DNA from: Octopus vulgaris
Lineage: Eukaryota
DNA length: 64,000 bases
Assembly (NCBI GenBank): GCA_951406725.2
Contig: OX597821.1
Location: 13,764,001 to 13,828,000 of the forward strand
Reading direction: 5' to 3'
Position 1 is the first letter of the stretch; every line of letters starts with the position of its first letter. The translations under genes and the position numbers were made by a program. Below are positions 29,951 through 44,529 of the stretch, in pieces. The notes beneath the pieces are model-generated. The model ran no database searches, was not told the origin of the DNA, and saw nothing but the letters and a program-made list of their open reading frames with translations.

Positions 29951-30011
<61 letters not shown>

Positions 30012-30422
30012 GTGGAAGTGGGGAGAGACAGAGAAAAAAAGAAAATACTGAAATATTTTCGATTGTGTTTGTTCTTACTTTTGTTTCTGTGTTTCGTTTT
30101 GTATTTCTCTTTTGTTATATATTTTAGTTGGGTTTTTTTATTCGTTTTTTTTTTCTGGAATTTTTATTGTTACAACTGTTATTTGAATCATTATCTTCTT
30201 TCTACAAAACTCTTCTATTTCGTGTGAGTGGCAGGGAGGGTTACTTACTTATTTTGGGGTTTTGCTCTTATCTCTTCCCCCCTCCCCCCACCCCCTTTAA
30301 AATGCAAATTTCCAAAGAAAAATATTGACACATTTTGACACGGTTTCAATTGAAACATAACAATCAAACGAAAAGTTTTCAAAATGATTTAAAAGGTGTC
30401 AGGAAATGTGTTATTTTACAGC

Positions 30423-30493
<71 letters not shown>

Positions 30494-30991
30494 CATTGCT
30501 ATTATTAGTAATTTTATTTTATTTTATTTATTTTAGTCTTCTATTTATATTCCGTTCTAGTTTATCTTTGATCCTGTTGCACTCAAATATATCTATTCGT
30601 CATATCTCCAGTCTGATTGACGTAGACAAAATAGTCAATTTTAACAAAGAGTTTCCGAAAGAAAACATTAAAAAAACAGAGGGTGAATAAACAAGGAATA
30701 TTTACAATAAACAGTTATAAGTGGTTTTGTATACATCCACAATTTCTTACACAGGTTTCACACACGCATAAACGCGTACACATTCAGACACACACATAGA
30801 TACATACTTACGTGCACAACGCACGCACACACACACACACACAATCACACACACATACACACACAAACATACACTCAAACAAACATACAGTCAATTCAAA
30901 TAAACAAACAGTTCAAATAAACAAATAAAACGGACAACATAAGGATGTGCGTAAGAAATGTATTAGCTTGACACTCGCTGAAAGGAGAGAG

Positions 30992-31024
30992 TTCAACGTT
31001 TCAAGCAGAGCTCTTCGTCAGAAA
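30992..31024 (-). ncRNA. Minimal hammerhead-like motif (Penelope-type)
   Basis: Minus strand reads ttt-CTGACGA-A-GAGC(tct)GCTT-GAAAC-GTT-gaa. Palindromic ACGT replaces stem III; stem I is weak. Confidence 0.55.
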
Positions 31025-31075
31025 GAAGAAAAGGAAAAGTCCAAAAAAGGAAAGGAAATTACCAACGGCACACGT

Positions 31076-31126
<51 letters not shown>

Positions 31127-31205
31127 TTCTTTCCTGGGCGTCCAATAATACTTTATTTGTTCCACATCCTTGCGTTGTTGTCTTTTTGTTTTCTCGTTTG
31201 GATTA

Positions 31206-31744
<539 letters not shown>

Positions 31745-31746
<2 letters not shown>

Positions 31747-32087
31747 CGGGAGACCCCCTTCGGTCATGAATGACCATGGGATTGCACCTAGAAAGTTACC
31801 CTCCGAGGTACAAGTCCGAGCAAGGTTGTTTATGGAAGGCCAGCAGTCGCCCATGCATACCAGCCTCCCCACTCCACACCACTGATGTTATCCAAGGGTA
31901 AGGCAAAGGGGCCAATACAGCTTGGCACCAGTGATGTCACAACTCATTTCTACAGCTGAGTTAACTGGAGCAACATGAAATAAAGTGTCTTGCTCAAGAA
32001 CCCAACATGCAGCCCGGTCCAGGAATCGAACTAACAACCTCACGATCGTAAGCTTGACGCTCTAACCACTGAGTCATGCGCCTTCAC
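31745..32087 (-). mobile_element. tRNA-derived SINE, family D
   Basis: Minus-strand head gaaggcgcatgactcagtggttagagcg…agttcgattcctgg (A and B boxes), followed by a cttgagcaagacact core. Confidence 0.7.
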
Positions 32088-32091
32088 ACAC

Positions 32092-32131
<40 letters not shown>

Positions 32132-32500
32132 ACCATGGGATAATATATATCCAATATACTGCTAGATAGGTCTCCTATGTAATGGTGTATTAAAGTATGG
32201 ATTGAGTACATCGGATAGTTGATGTTTTATTGATTTAAGTATGTTTCTCCATTCTCTAATTTTGTAGTATATATATATATATACACAGAGAAAAACACAC
32301 ATATAGAGTACTGCCATCCATCACTATATATACGAAGTTCCTGGTTCTGGGCAATTTTATTCAGATTCACACACTTATTGCAGTGGTCCTTCAGTTTTTC
32401 TAAGCTCTGTAAAAGAACTCGGAAGTTTGGGCCTCCAACCAGGCCTTTCGCGACACTCTTCAAGCCAGGAACTTTTCAACATAAATGTATACAAACACAC

Positions 32501-32531
<31 letters not shown>

Positions 32532-34566
32532 TGTATGTATGTATGTATGTATGTATGTATGTATGTATGTATGTATTTATGTATGTATGTGTGTGTATGT
32601 ATATAAGAAGTTATCCTCGCGATACTATGGTCTCGGGTTCGTTCACACGGTGTCACATTTTGAACAAGTACATTCCCCGTAACCCTGGATTCGCACAAGC
32701 CTTGTGAGTGAACGGGTGAATTTGGGTTGAAAAAAAACTAAATAGCAATCCGTCGAATGGACTGTACCTGTAAGGAGACAGAGAGAAACAGATAAAAGAA
32801 AGAAAGAGAGTGTGTATGAGAAAGAGGGATAGAAATTAAAAGAGTAAGCGAGGATTTTTTTGGTGTGTGTGAGGGAGGTAAACAGATGCTGTAGGTGAAC
32901 CAAAACTGAAGCAAAATACCTGTAATATCTAACATAGACCTTACTCTTGAACGACTGTAACTTAGCTGTGAGAATAAACTCAGATATTTAACTTAACCCG
33001 AAGGCAATTTCGTTCCCCACATATACATTAAGTCAACATTTGCTGTTCATCTGTTATCGTTTACTTATTACAGTCATTGCACTACGGCCATGTTGGGGCA
33101 TTGCTTTGTGAAATTTTAGTCGATCAAATCAGCCTAGTACTTAAGCCTTGCACTTACTCTATTGGTCTTTTATGCCGATGTGCTAAGTTACGCGGTACAT
33201 AAACCAGCATCGATTGTAAAGCTGTGATGATGGTCAAACACAAACACAAACGCACGTACGTACATACGGGAATACACACGTGTGCGTGTGCGCTACGTGT
33301 ATGTATACATGGATGTATTTATGTATCTGAGTATATATATATATTCATATACATGCGTATGTGTAGATGTCTCTGTTCTTATTGTATATTTTTTTATTCT
33401 AATAAAGGGGAACATTAAACTATCGTGACTTTAAAAAAACACCATATTCGATTTTAAGAAGGTATTAAGGTGCGGTTAATGTATGACACTTGCCTGAGAG
33501 AGAGACAGAGGGAGACAGACAGACAGAGAGAGACAGAGATAGAGCGAGAGAGACAGAGAGAGTCGGAGGGGTGTATAAATATCATTGAGATTTTTTTAAA
33601 CTAATCATTAGTATTTTTAATTCTATTTGGTTCGGATGATAAAAGGAAGCAGCTTTGACCTTTCCAATAAATTTTTATTCGGAAATGTCAGCGATTTTAT
33701 GTACTTTAGACGCGAGAAAGACAAAAACTTCCTGTCATTTTTCCAACAACGCTGTTTTAGGCATTAGCTTGCTGGTTAAGCGTCTGATCAAGAACTTTGT
33801 TGATGTTGATGTTGATGTTGATGTCGATACCCAGAATTACTTGTTCGGTCAATTTAGTGCGCTCTGTTCATTTGCAGACATTTTGACCGAATTCAGAAGT
33901 AAACCACTCAACGATTAATATAACTTCTGTTATTAACATATTTCCGGTTTCTGACAAACTGTCGAGCTGTGTCCTCCGTTTACCTGTCCTGTAGTTATTA
34001 TAATGGTTTCTATACAAGCGAGCTGCGCCACCCAAATTCTTTTGTACTCCGGCACAACATCCTTTACGCAGTCCTTCTCCATACCTCTATGAAAATCCTA
34101 TTCTTTTGACCACATTCTGCCTTTTACCTTATTTTTTTAATGCTTTTATTTGTTTCAGGTATTGGGCTACTGCCGTTCTGAGGCATAGAACTTAGTCCCT
34201 TCTTTTTAAGCTGGTTCTTATTCTATCGGTTATTTTTACTGAATAACTTAGTCTGAGAACGTAAACAAAGCAACACTGGCTATCAAGCAGTATGGCGACA
34301 ATTATTTCAGTCATTTGACTGCGACCATGCTGGAGCACCACCTCTAAGGGTTTTAGTCGAACAAATCAACCCCAGGACATATTTCTAAAGTCTAGTATTT
34401 ATTCTATCGGTCTCTTTTGCGGAACCGCTAAGTTACGGGGGTGCAAACACACCAAGGCTGGTTGTCAAACGGTGATGCGGGGGCACAAACACAGACACAA
34501 AGACTACACACACGTAGATATATACATACATACATACATGCATACATGCATATATGTAGATATGTA

Positions 34567-34630
<64 letters not shown>

Positions 34631-34752
34631 TATACACATAAACTGTCCCTCTCGCGTCTGACCACTGTCCGAAGTCAGGACGCCATGACAAATCGTTAGC
34701 TCCTAGACGCATTTTTTTCTCTCCTTGTCTCTCTCTTTGTTTTTTTCTGTGT

Positions 34753-34792
34753 ATCTTTCTGTCGAAGAGCGTAGGCACGAAACGTAAAAGAT
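34753..34792 (+). ncRNA. Minimal hammerhead-like motif with A6U core, in a dispersed repeat
   Basis: ATCTTT-CTGTCGA-A-GAGC(gtag)GCAC-GAAAC-GTA-AAAGAT, with a 6-bp stem I and ACGT palindrome. A sister copy lies at 49476-49511, and the flanks (34685-34885 vs 49412-49605) are homologous. Confidence 0.55.
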
Positions 34793-34910
34793 TTTTTTCT
34801 ATTCCTGAGCGCTATACTAATACATTTGTTTGTTTGTACTCCACCTGCCTTCGTCTTTTGTTTATTTTCGTAAACTTTCCTTTTATATATATATACGAGA
34901 CGGGCTTCTC

Positions 34911-34960
<50 letters not shown>

Positions 34961-37319
34961 CCACGGGGTTCCACACAGTTTCTGTCTACCAATTTCACTC
35001 ACAAACCATTAATCTGCTTGGGGTCATAACAGAAGGCACAAGACAGAGGTACTACGTAGAGGGACTGATCTTAAAACCATGTATTAACGAAGCAAACTTC
35101 CTAGCCACACAGCCATACCTACACCTATGAATATATTCAAAAAATATATTCAGTCTGTCTACCATTATGATTCTACAATCAAGGAAGACTTCTTGAAAAC
35201 CAACCCATGAAATATTTTAATGTGGTCAATATGCTTTCTAGAAATAGCAGCCAAATTCTCCCCATAATTTACCTTACCGATTTTTAAAAAGATAAATATT
35301 CCATTGGATAACATAGTTATAGGTCTTCTAAACATGAAAAAATATTGAGGGCCGTTTCAACTGGAATACCTCAGACAGAGTCTAAATTAGAATTTAATTG
35401 AAACAATTTTTTAAGAGTAGACTGATTCTCTGGAAAACAACACAAAATGGCAGCTCAGTGTAAATGAATCATACCTCAAGAATTTCTCCGCGCCACAGAT
35501 TTAAAATTTATGACTTTAGGCATATTGCTTAATTATCAAACTATTGCTAATTGCTGATACAGCGATCATGTGTTAATGGTACATATAAAAATAAGTCAAA
35601 ACAACAGGTTGCGTTATATCATATATGTCCTTCTACCTTTTTACTTGTCGCACTCACTGGTCTGCGACCAAGCTGGTGCACCGCCTTGAAGAGTTTAGTT
35701 AGATAAATCGACTAATTTTATCAGTCTCTATGCTGAGTCGCTAAGTTACGGGGTCGTAAAAAAACCAATACCGGTTGTAGTAGACGCACACACATACACA
35801 CACACACCTACCAACATACACATTCATACACACATTAATATATATATATATATATATATATATAATAAAATATAATATAAATGATATATAAATATATGCA
35901 TATATACATACATATATGTACATTCCTACATATATATGTATTTATACATGCATATATGGGTACAGGACATCAAAAAAATGTTAAACACAATGAAGACACA
36001 AATCGAACTTTTTTCAAACAATGAAAAAGACAAACAGAGAAACGATACATGCAACTTAAAGAATATTCCCCTTCATCAGTAGTCCCTGTTTCGTCTACTC
36101 CGCGTATCGAAGGTAAGGACACTACTCGACTTCGTTGAAACAGTCCTTTCCGCAAAGCAAATTAAATAAAATTTGGGATTTTTTTGTGGAGGGTGAAAGT
36201 GGTTCTCACGGTGAGGGCTGTTGAGCCAAGACGATAGAAAAATTATCATGAACGCTAGGAGGACGAGCTATGAGAGGAGACAGGTAAAAGTACGTCTTGT
36301 CTTTAGGAAAGAAATGGAAAGAAATGGACAGAAAGATAGATTCCCTTTCGTCACGTGTCAGCAACGAGAGAGTCAAAGAGGAAGAGTAGGAGAGAGAGGG
36401 GCCGGTGAAGAGGAGAGGAAAAGAATAGGGAAGGGTGACACGTGTGTGTAGGGGGGGGAGGTTAAGACACAATTTCCGTCAACCAAATTGGCTCAAAACG
36501 CATTGGTCGTGCCGGGGTTGTAGTAGATGACGCTTGCTTAAGGTGCCGTGTAGGAGAACTGAACTCAAAACCACGAGCTTATCATATCATATTATATCGA
36601 ATTGTTACATAAATTTGTGCTTTTTTTCTACTTTGCACTCCATCTGAAAAGAGATCAAGTTTAATCATATTTCAGAAACGATAAACAAAGGTCGTAGAGT
36701 AAGAACCAAAACTACGATATAACACAAAAAGAAAACAAAATTTTAAAAATAAAACATTAAAAAATTTCTTTCGTGTTATTCAAATAATACTAAAAATGAT
36801 TAAAATAAACAAAATATATCTGACAGCGCAATAAATTACAAAAAGTTTCAATCGTTATAATATCGTGTACAAAACCCTTGAAAATACTCAAAACATATAA
36901 CTCTGAATACGCCCGGTAAATAATAATGGATTACGTACATGAAGTCATAAGTAAAATGAAACTCTAAAATATTTGTTCAAGCAGATTATAAAAATAGAAG
37001 TGTCATTCTGTGTGTGTGTATTTGTTTATAAGAATGTGTTTGTGTCTTTGTATGTCTATAATTATGATTACTCCCTATGTTAATTAAATTTATTCTATAC
37101 GTTTTAATGTGGAGAGTGCTATACATATAATACAGGTAAATAGACGTGGAATCTGGTTTAGTACCAGGTTTCGAGCCTTACCTACAGAAATTTGCCCTTC
37201 TGTCGATAATAACTGAATTTAGTAAGTGTATGAAGTAGAGTGTGAGCACTGCCTGTGTGTGCGTATATACATACATACATACATACATACATACATACAT
37301 ACATACATACATACATACA

Positions 37320-37352
<33 letters not shown>

Positions 37353-37389
37353 TATATACATATATATATATATATTAATCTTCGGATTC

Positions 37390-37444
<55 letters not shown>

Positions 37445-37447
<3 letters not shown>

Positions 37448-37873
37448 GGAATAAATCCAAATTTACAGGGAAAAATCAGATTTAGGATTGAATCCAATTT
37501 TATAGTAAAATATTATATAATATTAATTAGAGACAAAACCACTATTATGCAAATCAAACAAAGAAAGACTTAATCCAATACATAAAAAATTTTATATAAA
37601 TTAAATAAAATTAAGTTATCCACTACAATTGTTTCTTGTCACTTCTAAGGACATTCATCAGGTGGTTTCAAGACCTTCTATTCAATTTTAAATTATGAAC
37701 TTCATAATTTAAAATTGAATAGAAGGTCTTGAAACCACCTAATGAATGTCCTTAGAAGTGACAAGAAACAATTGTAGTGGATAACTTAATTTTATTTAAT
37801 TTATATAAAATTTTTTATGTATTGGATTAAGTCTTTCTTTGTTTGATTTGCATAATAGTGGTTTTGTCTCTAA

Positions 37874-37880
<7 letters not shown>
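37445..37880. mobile_element. Fold-back element with 180-bp arms and two divergent hammerheads, flanked by (TA)n
   Basis: Arms 37520-37699 and 37701-37880, centre at C37700, with a unique extension at 37445-37519. Confidence 0.85.
37620..37665 (-). ncRNA. Type-I hammerhead ribozyme motif
   Basis: CCAC-CTGATGA-ATGTC(cttagaagt)GACAA-GAAAC-AATT-GTA-GTGG. Stem I is CCAC/GTGG, stem III is the palindrome ACAATTGT, and the cleavage triplet is GUA. The + copy (37735-37780) has CTAATGA. Confidence 0.75.
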
Positions 37881-37939
<59 letters not shown>

Positions 37940-38486
37940 ATTATAAAACTGAGAATGTGTGTCTGTCTGTCTGTGTATTTCTCTAAAACTTGAGAACTAC
38001 ACAACCAATTTCATTCAAATTTTACACATGCCTTACTTAGGGTTCATGTAGTTTCATGGGCAAAAAAATGTTCAACTTCTTGCCTAGAGCGAGCCCATAG
38101 CAATATCATATCTTCTCCACTATTTCAGTATTACATGTTAAAAGTGAAACAAAGACATTTCTCTATTTTATGTCAAATACTTTCACTTACACAGTGGGGT
38201 CGATCTAATCGGCTTAATCCCTTAGTCTGTCCTTGTTTGTCCCCTCTTTGTTTAGCTCCTTGTGGGCAATAAAGAAATAAGAAAGAAGAAACGACGAAAA
38301 AAAGAAAGAATTAAAGACATACATAATATGCATTATATAACTTTATAAGTCCGCGTGTATGTATGTATTTATGTATATACATGTATGTATGTGTGCGCAT
38401 AAAATATATTAAAAGGGTCTATAGAACTGTAAAACGATCCAGGGAGAAGAAAGAAAGGAATATAAAGGAGTGGTAAAATAATGTTG

Positions 38487-38719
38487 AGGCGGTGAGCTGG
38501 CAGAATCGTTAGCATGCTGGGCAAAATGCTTAGCGGTATTTCGTCTGCCGTTACGTTCTGAATTCAAATTCCGCCAAGGTCAACTTTGCCTTTCATCCTT
38601 TCGGGGTCGATTAAATAAGTACCAGTTACGCACTGGGGTCGATGTAATCGACTTAATCCCTTTGTCTGTCCTTGTTTGTTCTCTCTGTGTTTAGCCCCTT
38701 GTGGGTAGTAAAGAAATAG
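38487..38719 (+). mobile_element. SINE family C
   Basis: Full head and core. Flanked by the direct repeat ggtaaaataatgttga, a probable TSD. Confidence 0.8.
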
Positions 38720-39330
38720 GTAAAATAATGTTGATAAAATAGAGCGAAAGCTAAAACTTCAGAAATTGCTGTTAACTTTTTTACATCTTACCGACTGCTT
38801 CTTTAAATTTGGTCTGTTTTATCCTTCACACGTATTGATATCTCCGTCGAGATATCTTGAACAGTATCCAATTTATTATGTATACATTCTTTGGTTCTTT
38901 TCCTACTTTTATTGGTAATTTCTTTATTAATAAATAATTGCCATGTGATATATATTTAAGGAGGTTAGTCTTGGCCGACGCTCAAATTTGCGTCTCAACA
39001 ACTAAACTTCGTAGATGCTCTTTCCACGACTTTTATGTGCTTATAATTGACATATGATATTCTGTATATAGAATTTGGTAATGTTCTCAGATGCGTACGT
39101 ATTGGAATCTTTGATTTCCAGTGAGGAAGTAAAACCCTGCAAAAAAAAAAAACTTGCTGTTTACCGTCGTAAAAAATTGAAAGTAAATTACCCCCACCCC
39201 CACCCCAATAATAATAAAGTAGTTTGCAAGCAGAAGTGACGATGGCAGCATCCCATAATTTCATTTAAACAATGTATGGCATAATTAATGAATAGAAAAT
39301 ACATATGTTTAATATAACATGCATACAGTT

Positions 39331-39375
<45 letters not shown>

Positions 39376-39380
<5 letters not shown>

Positions 39381-39688
39381 TGCTGCGTGGAAGATGTTTA
39401 TAAGCCATTTAAGAAACACACAAAAACCGTTAGATTCACTTCAACATTTAAATTTAATTTGTCAAAACTAGCAAAATTCCGTAATGCAGCAGGGAATTTT
39501 GTCAGTGAACAGGTCGCGGTCTCAAAGCGACGAAAATATTTTGACAAATTAAATTTAAATGTTGAAGCGAATCTAACGGTTTTTGTGTGTTTCTTAAATG
39601 GCTTATAAATACCTTCCACGCTGCAATTGTTTTCGTTCCTGCACACAATCTCAGGTCAGGTCACTTGCTATGCAAGTATATCTCCGTT
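39376..39688. mobile_element. Fold-back element (92-bp arms) enclosing a hammerhead, flanked by (TA)n
   Basis: Arms 39376-39467 and 39539-39630. A second family member lies on the - strand at ~49620-49740. Confidence 0.8.
39498..39548 (+). ncRNA. Type-I hammerhead motif with G3:C8 covariant core
   Basis: TTTGTCA-GTGAACA-G-GTCGC(ggtctcaaa)GCGAC-GAA-AATATT-T-TGACAAA. 7-bp stem I, 5-bp stem II, palindromic stem III, UUU triplet. Confidence 0.65.
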
Positions 39689-39702
39689 ATATATATACAT
39701 AT

Positions 39703-40520
39703 AGGGTGTGATGGGTAAATTGTCGCCGGTTTATATTTTCAATTTTGTGCATGCGTATTGTTAGCTTTTGATTTTGTCGATTACACAGTATAGTAGGGTC
39801 AGCTGGGCCCCGTCTGTGAGAAAAACAGCACCATGATGCAATTCATTCTGCCAGAAGTTTGGAAACGACATGCTGTACTGCTTGGCATTCGCACCGGAAG
39901 CTCCTATACGAGCATTTCATAGTGTTTGGGCGTTAGTCTGAGGACAGTGCAGATGATTCGGAAAGAGTTGGATGAGTCTAATGGTGATTACGAAGGTAGG
40001 GCAGCTCGGAAAACTCACTCGGATCGTTCTGATAAGAAAAGAACTCCTGTGTTTATTGGTGAGATCCAGGCAATGAGTGACAACGATTCCTCCAGGTCAA
40101 TCAGGTCCATCGCTAGGGACATGGGAGAGAGTCTGAGTTTCTTATCAGGCAGGTAGTACATGAAGATATTCGGCATTCCTCATTCAAGGTGAGAAAGAAC
40201 CAATTTTTATCCCAAGCCATCAAGGACAAGAAGAGCGGGAGACCAACAAAACTCATTGTAACACCCAAGATGAACCGAAGGCAAGGATTATGGCAGCATT
40301 CACCAACTTAAACAAGGAGATCGTCCAGAAGAGTTGCAGGAGATTCCGAAGTCGTCTGGAGGTCGTGGTTGAAGCCAATGGCGATTTTATTGAATAAATT
40401 TACTCTTTTGTATTTCAGGGTATTTTTGTGTAATTTTGGTAAATATATCTGCTAAAATGAGATGTCAGAGTTATTTTCAGTTTTGCGGAATTTAGACAAC
40501 AATTTATTCAACAATAATAT
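39703..40520 (+). mobile_element. Internally deleted Tc1/mariner-superfamily DNA transposon
   Basis: HTH-like LGVSLRTVQMIRKEL…KKRTP…SIRSIARDMG, and C-terminal …KARIMAAFTNLNKEIVQKSCRRFRSRLEVVVEANGDFIE*. The catalytic DDD/E region is missing. Degenerate TIR-like ends (taaattgtcg/caacaattta). Confidence 0.8.
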
Positions 40521-40668
40521 ATACCGACGGAAAAAGTGGGTATTAGTACACTTCCTACATGCACTAATACCCACTGTTATTCCGTCGAGGGCTTATATGC
40601 TCTAATATTAGCCAATATACGGTGAACGCTTATAAGTTTCAAGCTTATTATCATTATATATATACATA

Positions 40669-40830
40669 GGCGCAGGAGTGGCTGTGTGGTAAGTAGCTTG
40701 CTTACCAACCACATGGTTCCGGATCAGTCCCACTGCGTGGCATCTTGGGCAAATGTCTTCTACTATAGCTTCGGGACGACCAAAGCCTTGTGAGTGGATT
40801 TGGTAGACGGAAACTGAAAGAAGCCTGTCG

Positions 40831-40867
<37 letters not shown>

Positions 40868-41075
40868 TTGTGTGTCTGTGTTTGTCCCCCTAGCATTGCT
40901 TGACAACCGATGCTGGTGTGTTTACGTACCCGTCACATAGCGGTTCGGCATAAGAGACCGATAGAATAAGTACTGGGCTTACAAAGAATAAGTCCCGGGG
41001 TCGATTTGCTCGACTAAAGGCGGTGCTCCAGCATGGCCGCAGTCAAATGACTGAAACAAGTAAAAGAGTAAAGAG
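40669..41075 (+). mobile_element. tRNA-derived SINE, family B
   Basis: Head ggcgcaggagtggctgtgtggtaag…ggatcagtcccac, cttgggcaa core, internal (TA)/(TG) tract and (aagagta)n tail. Confidence 0.85.
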
Positions 41076-42197
41076 TATATATTATAGACACACACACACA
41101 CACACACACATTCTTCAGCTTCTGCTGCTATTGGAAGTTTCGAGTCACATCAAGGTGGTGGAGTTGAAAAGCAATTAATATTTGACCTACTTTGCTATAT
41201 TCTTAGTGTCTCTTCAAATGGAAGCAACACTGCATATTTCTGCTTAGTGTTTTTGTCTTATTGTTGTTGCTTCTATTTTGCTGTCGTTGTTGTTGTTGTT
41301 GTTGTTGTTGTTGTCTTCGTCGTCGTCGTCGTCGTTGCCGCCACCGCCGCCGCTGTTGGTTGCGACGGTGGTGGTGATGGTGCTGCTGATTTGGTGGTTA
41401 CGGGCGTGCATATTTTACAGTGTGCATTTGTGAATAATAGAAACGAAGGGAGAAGGGGGGGTCGCCTTTGTGTGTGTGTGTGTGTGCCCTGGTGGAATGT
41501 TTGTCGTTGTTTATATATATACGCGTGCTTATTTGCGAGTATGCCTATGCGCGTGTTTCTACATGTGTATATGATGTGCGCATCATACCTATGTGCACCA
41601 GCAAATTTGCATGTATGTTTGTGTGGACCTCATTGCATGTCTGTCTCTATGAGTCCATGTGTGCGTATTTTTTGTCTACGTGTGTGCTTGTGGGTGTCTG
41701 CATGAGTGTGTGTGTATTTTGTGCATGTACGTATGTGTGTGTGTCTGCGTGTGTACCCAGCTGTCACGTTCGTCATTGCGCATACATTTGCATCTATGTG
41801 TGTGTGTGAATGCAATCTCATTGTGTGCACACTACACATACATACATACATACATACACAGAAGTGTGCCTTTCTATGTAGGCCAAAGTTCAGATTTGCA
41901 CTTCCTCGTGTGCCTCTATGATTGCGAGCGTGTGTTTGTCTACGTGCGTGCTTGTGGCTCTCAACATACGCAGGGTTGTGGATGCATGTATGTGTGTGTG
42001 TGTCCGCGTGTGTACCCAGCTGTTACTTTTGTCACTGGGCGTCAATATGTGTTGGTATGTGTGACTCATTATTAGGCTGCGTATATATATATATATATGC
42101 CTGTGTGTGTCTGTATATGTATGTATATATATGCCTGTTTGTGTGTGTATATATATATATATTTATATATATATACATACATACATACATACATACA

Positions 42198-42276
<79 letters not shown>

Positions 42277-42437
42277 CTATATATATATATTAGTCAATAA
42301 ATATATTGAAAGAACAACTAGAGCTTGCATGATTTATGTGTACATCTTAGAATGGCACACGACGAACGTGCTTGTTCTACGAATATTTTGGGGATTCTGT
42401 GTATATGCGCGCGCGTGTGGGCATGTATATATATATG

Positions 42438-42469
<32 letters not shown>

Positions 42470-42492
42470 AACCCATACACACACAGAGAGAG

Positions 42493-42538
<46 letters not shown>

Positions 42539-42600
42539 CGTAAATATTATAAGTGTATACACAGCACCACGCACGTATGTAATGAACGCATGAATATATG

Positions 42601-42648
<48 letters not shown>

Positions 42649-42670
42649 ATATACATACATATATATGTAA

Positions 42671-42711
<41 letters not shown>

Positions 42712-42790
42712 CACATTTATATATAAATACATTATATATATATATATATGCACACATATATAAATACATTATATATATATATATGCACAC

Positions 42791-42825
<35 letters not shown>

Positions 42826-43145
42826 TCTATATATGAGTGTATATATGTCTATATACATGTATGTCTTTGTTTATGCGTTGTTTAGGAAGAGAAACGGCAA
42901 GAAAGTAATCAAAAGATTTATACATTTGTTAAAACCTGATGAATTACGCGGGAACTGCTCTTATTTGCACATTCCTGTGCATTCTGACAGATGACTGTGT
43001 ATGTGTGTGTGAGTCCGTGTGTCTCTATGTGTGTGTGTGTAGCTTATTGAAACTCCAATCACGAGAATCGCAGCACAATATTGAGCACTCGTCTATCATT
43101 GGTTTCGACACAATTCAACGATCAGACACACACGCGCACACTCAC

Positions 43146-43204
<59 letters not shown>

Positions 43205-43678
43205 TGAATGAATATATATGTCATTTGCGTGAAATAAATATCTCTCTTTCTCTCTCCTCCATATGTGCGTGCACGATGTGTGTGCGTACACATAACTATA
43301 TACTCATAGAAGAAATCATGATACATATTATCACAAATCTGTTATGCATCTGCGTACATATGTGTATATGTACACGCGCATTAATCTATATGCGTAAGCG
43401 CACATATATATACGAATTTATGTATGTATTCCTAGGGCCTGCATTTGTTTAAGGAAAATATGAAGTTGTGAATGTCCATTCAACAGAATTCATAAATCAA
43501 TCGGTTTTTTCATGATATATTTTTCTACTGGACACAGAGTACATCTTTCATTTCTATTGCTGTAAGTTTTCAATCTTTTAATGATTTTCCATTAAAAGTG
43601 GAATTTCACCCAATACCTACAATAACACACACACAAACACTCACACACATGCATGCATACACATATATATTATATATA

Positions 43679-43758
<80 letters not shown>

Positions 43759-44229
43759 GAGAAAGAGATTTGAGCATTTATGTATATGTATTTATATATA
43801 TATACATATGTGTGTATAGATAGATAGACAGAGAGATAAAGAATAAATTATTATGCTACTTTGACATACACTAATAACACAGTGTTACAAAGCAGTGTTA
43901 ATTCCCTTTAAGAGATGTTCTTCAAATGGAGGAACATTAGGTATTGAAACATTTTCTTCGAGTTCTCCATAGGCATTAGCAGTAGAATTGAATTAGCCCC
44001 AACCGGAAATCGAACACTGGCTACCATGATCGCCACATGAATAGTTTTCTTGTGTAGGTGTATCAGTGTTTTGACATTCATTTGTATACACGTCATAGAT
44101 GCATAAATAAATGCTTGCATTTGTGTGTAAAGTACGCATTCATATAATTATGTATGTATATGTAAATAAATATATATGTTTGTGTATGAATGCACATCAT
44201 AATTATATATAGACATATATATATATAAA

Positions 44230-44272
<43 letters not shown>

Positions 44273-44417
44273 CGCATATATACATATATGTTATATACTT
44301 ACACACAGATACCCATAAACATTTATGTCACGTGTGCGTGTAGATGTGTGTATATAGATATAGATATAGATATATACACGTGTTCACATATAATATGTAA
44401 ATATGTCCACATTTGCT

Positions 44418-44472
<55 letters not shown>

Positions 44473-44489
44473 ATATATATTCATATATG

Positions 44490-44529
<40 letters not shown>

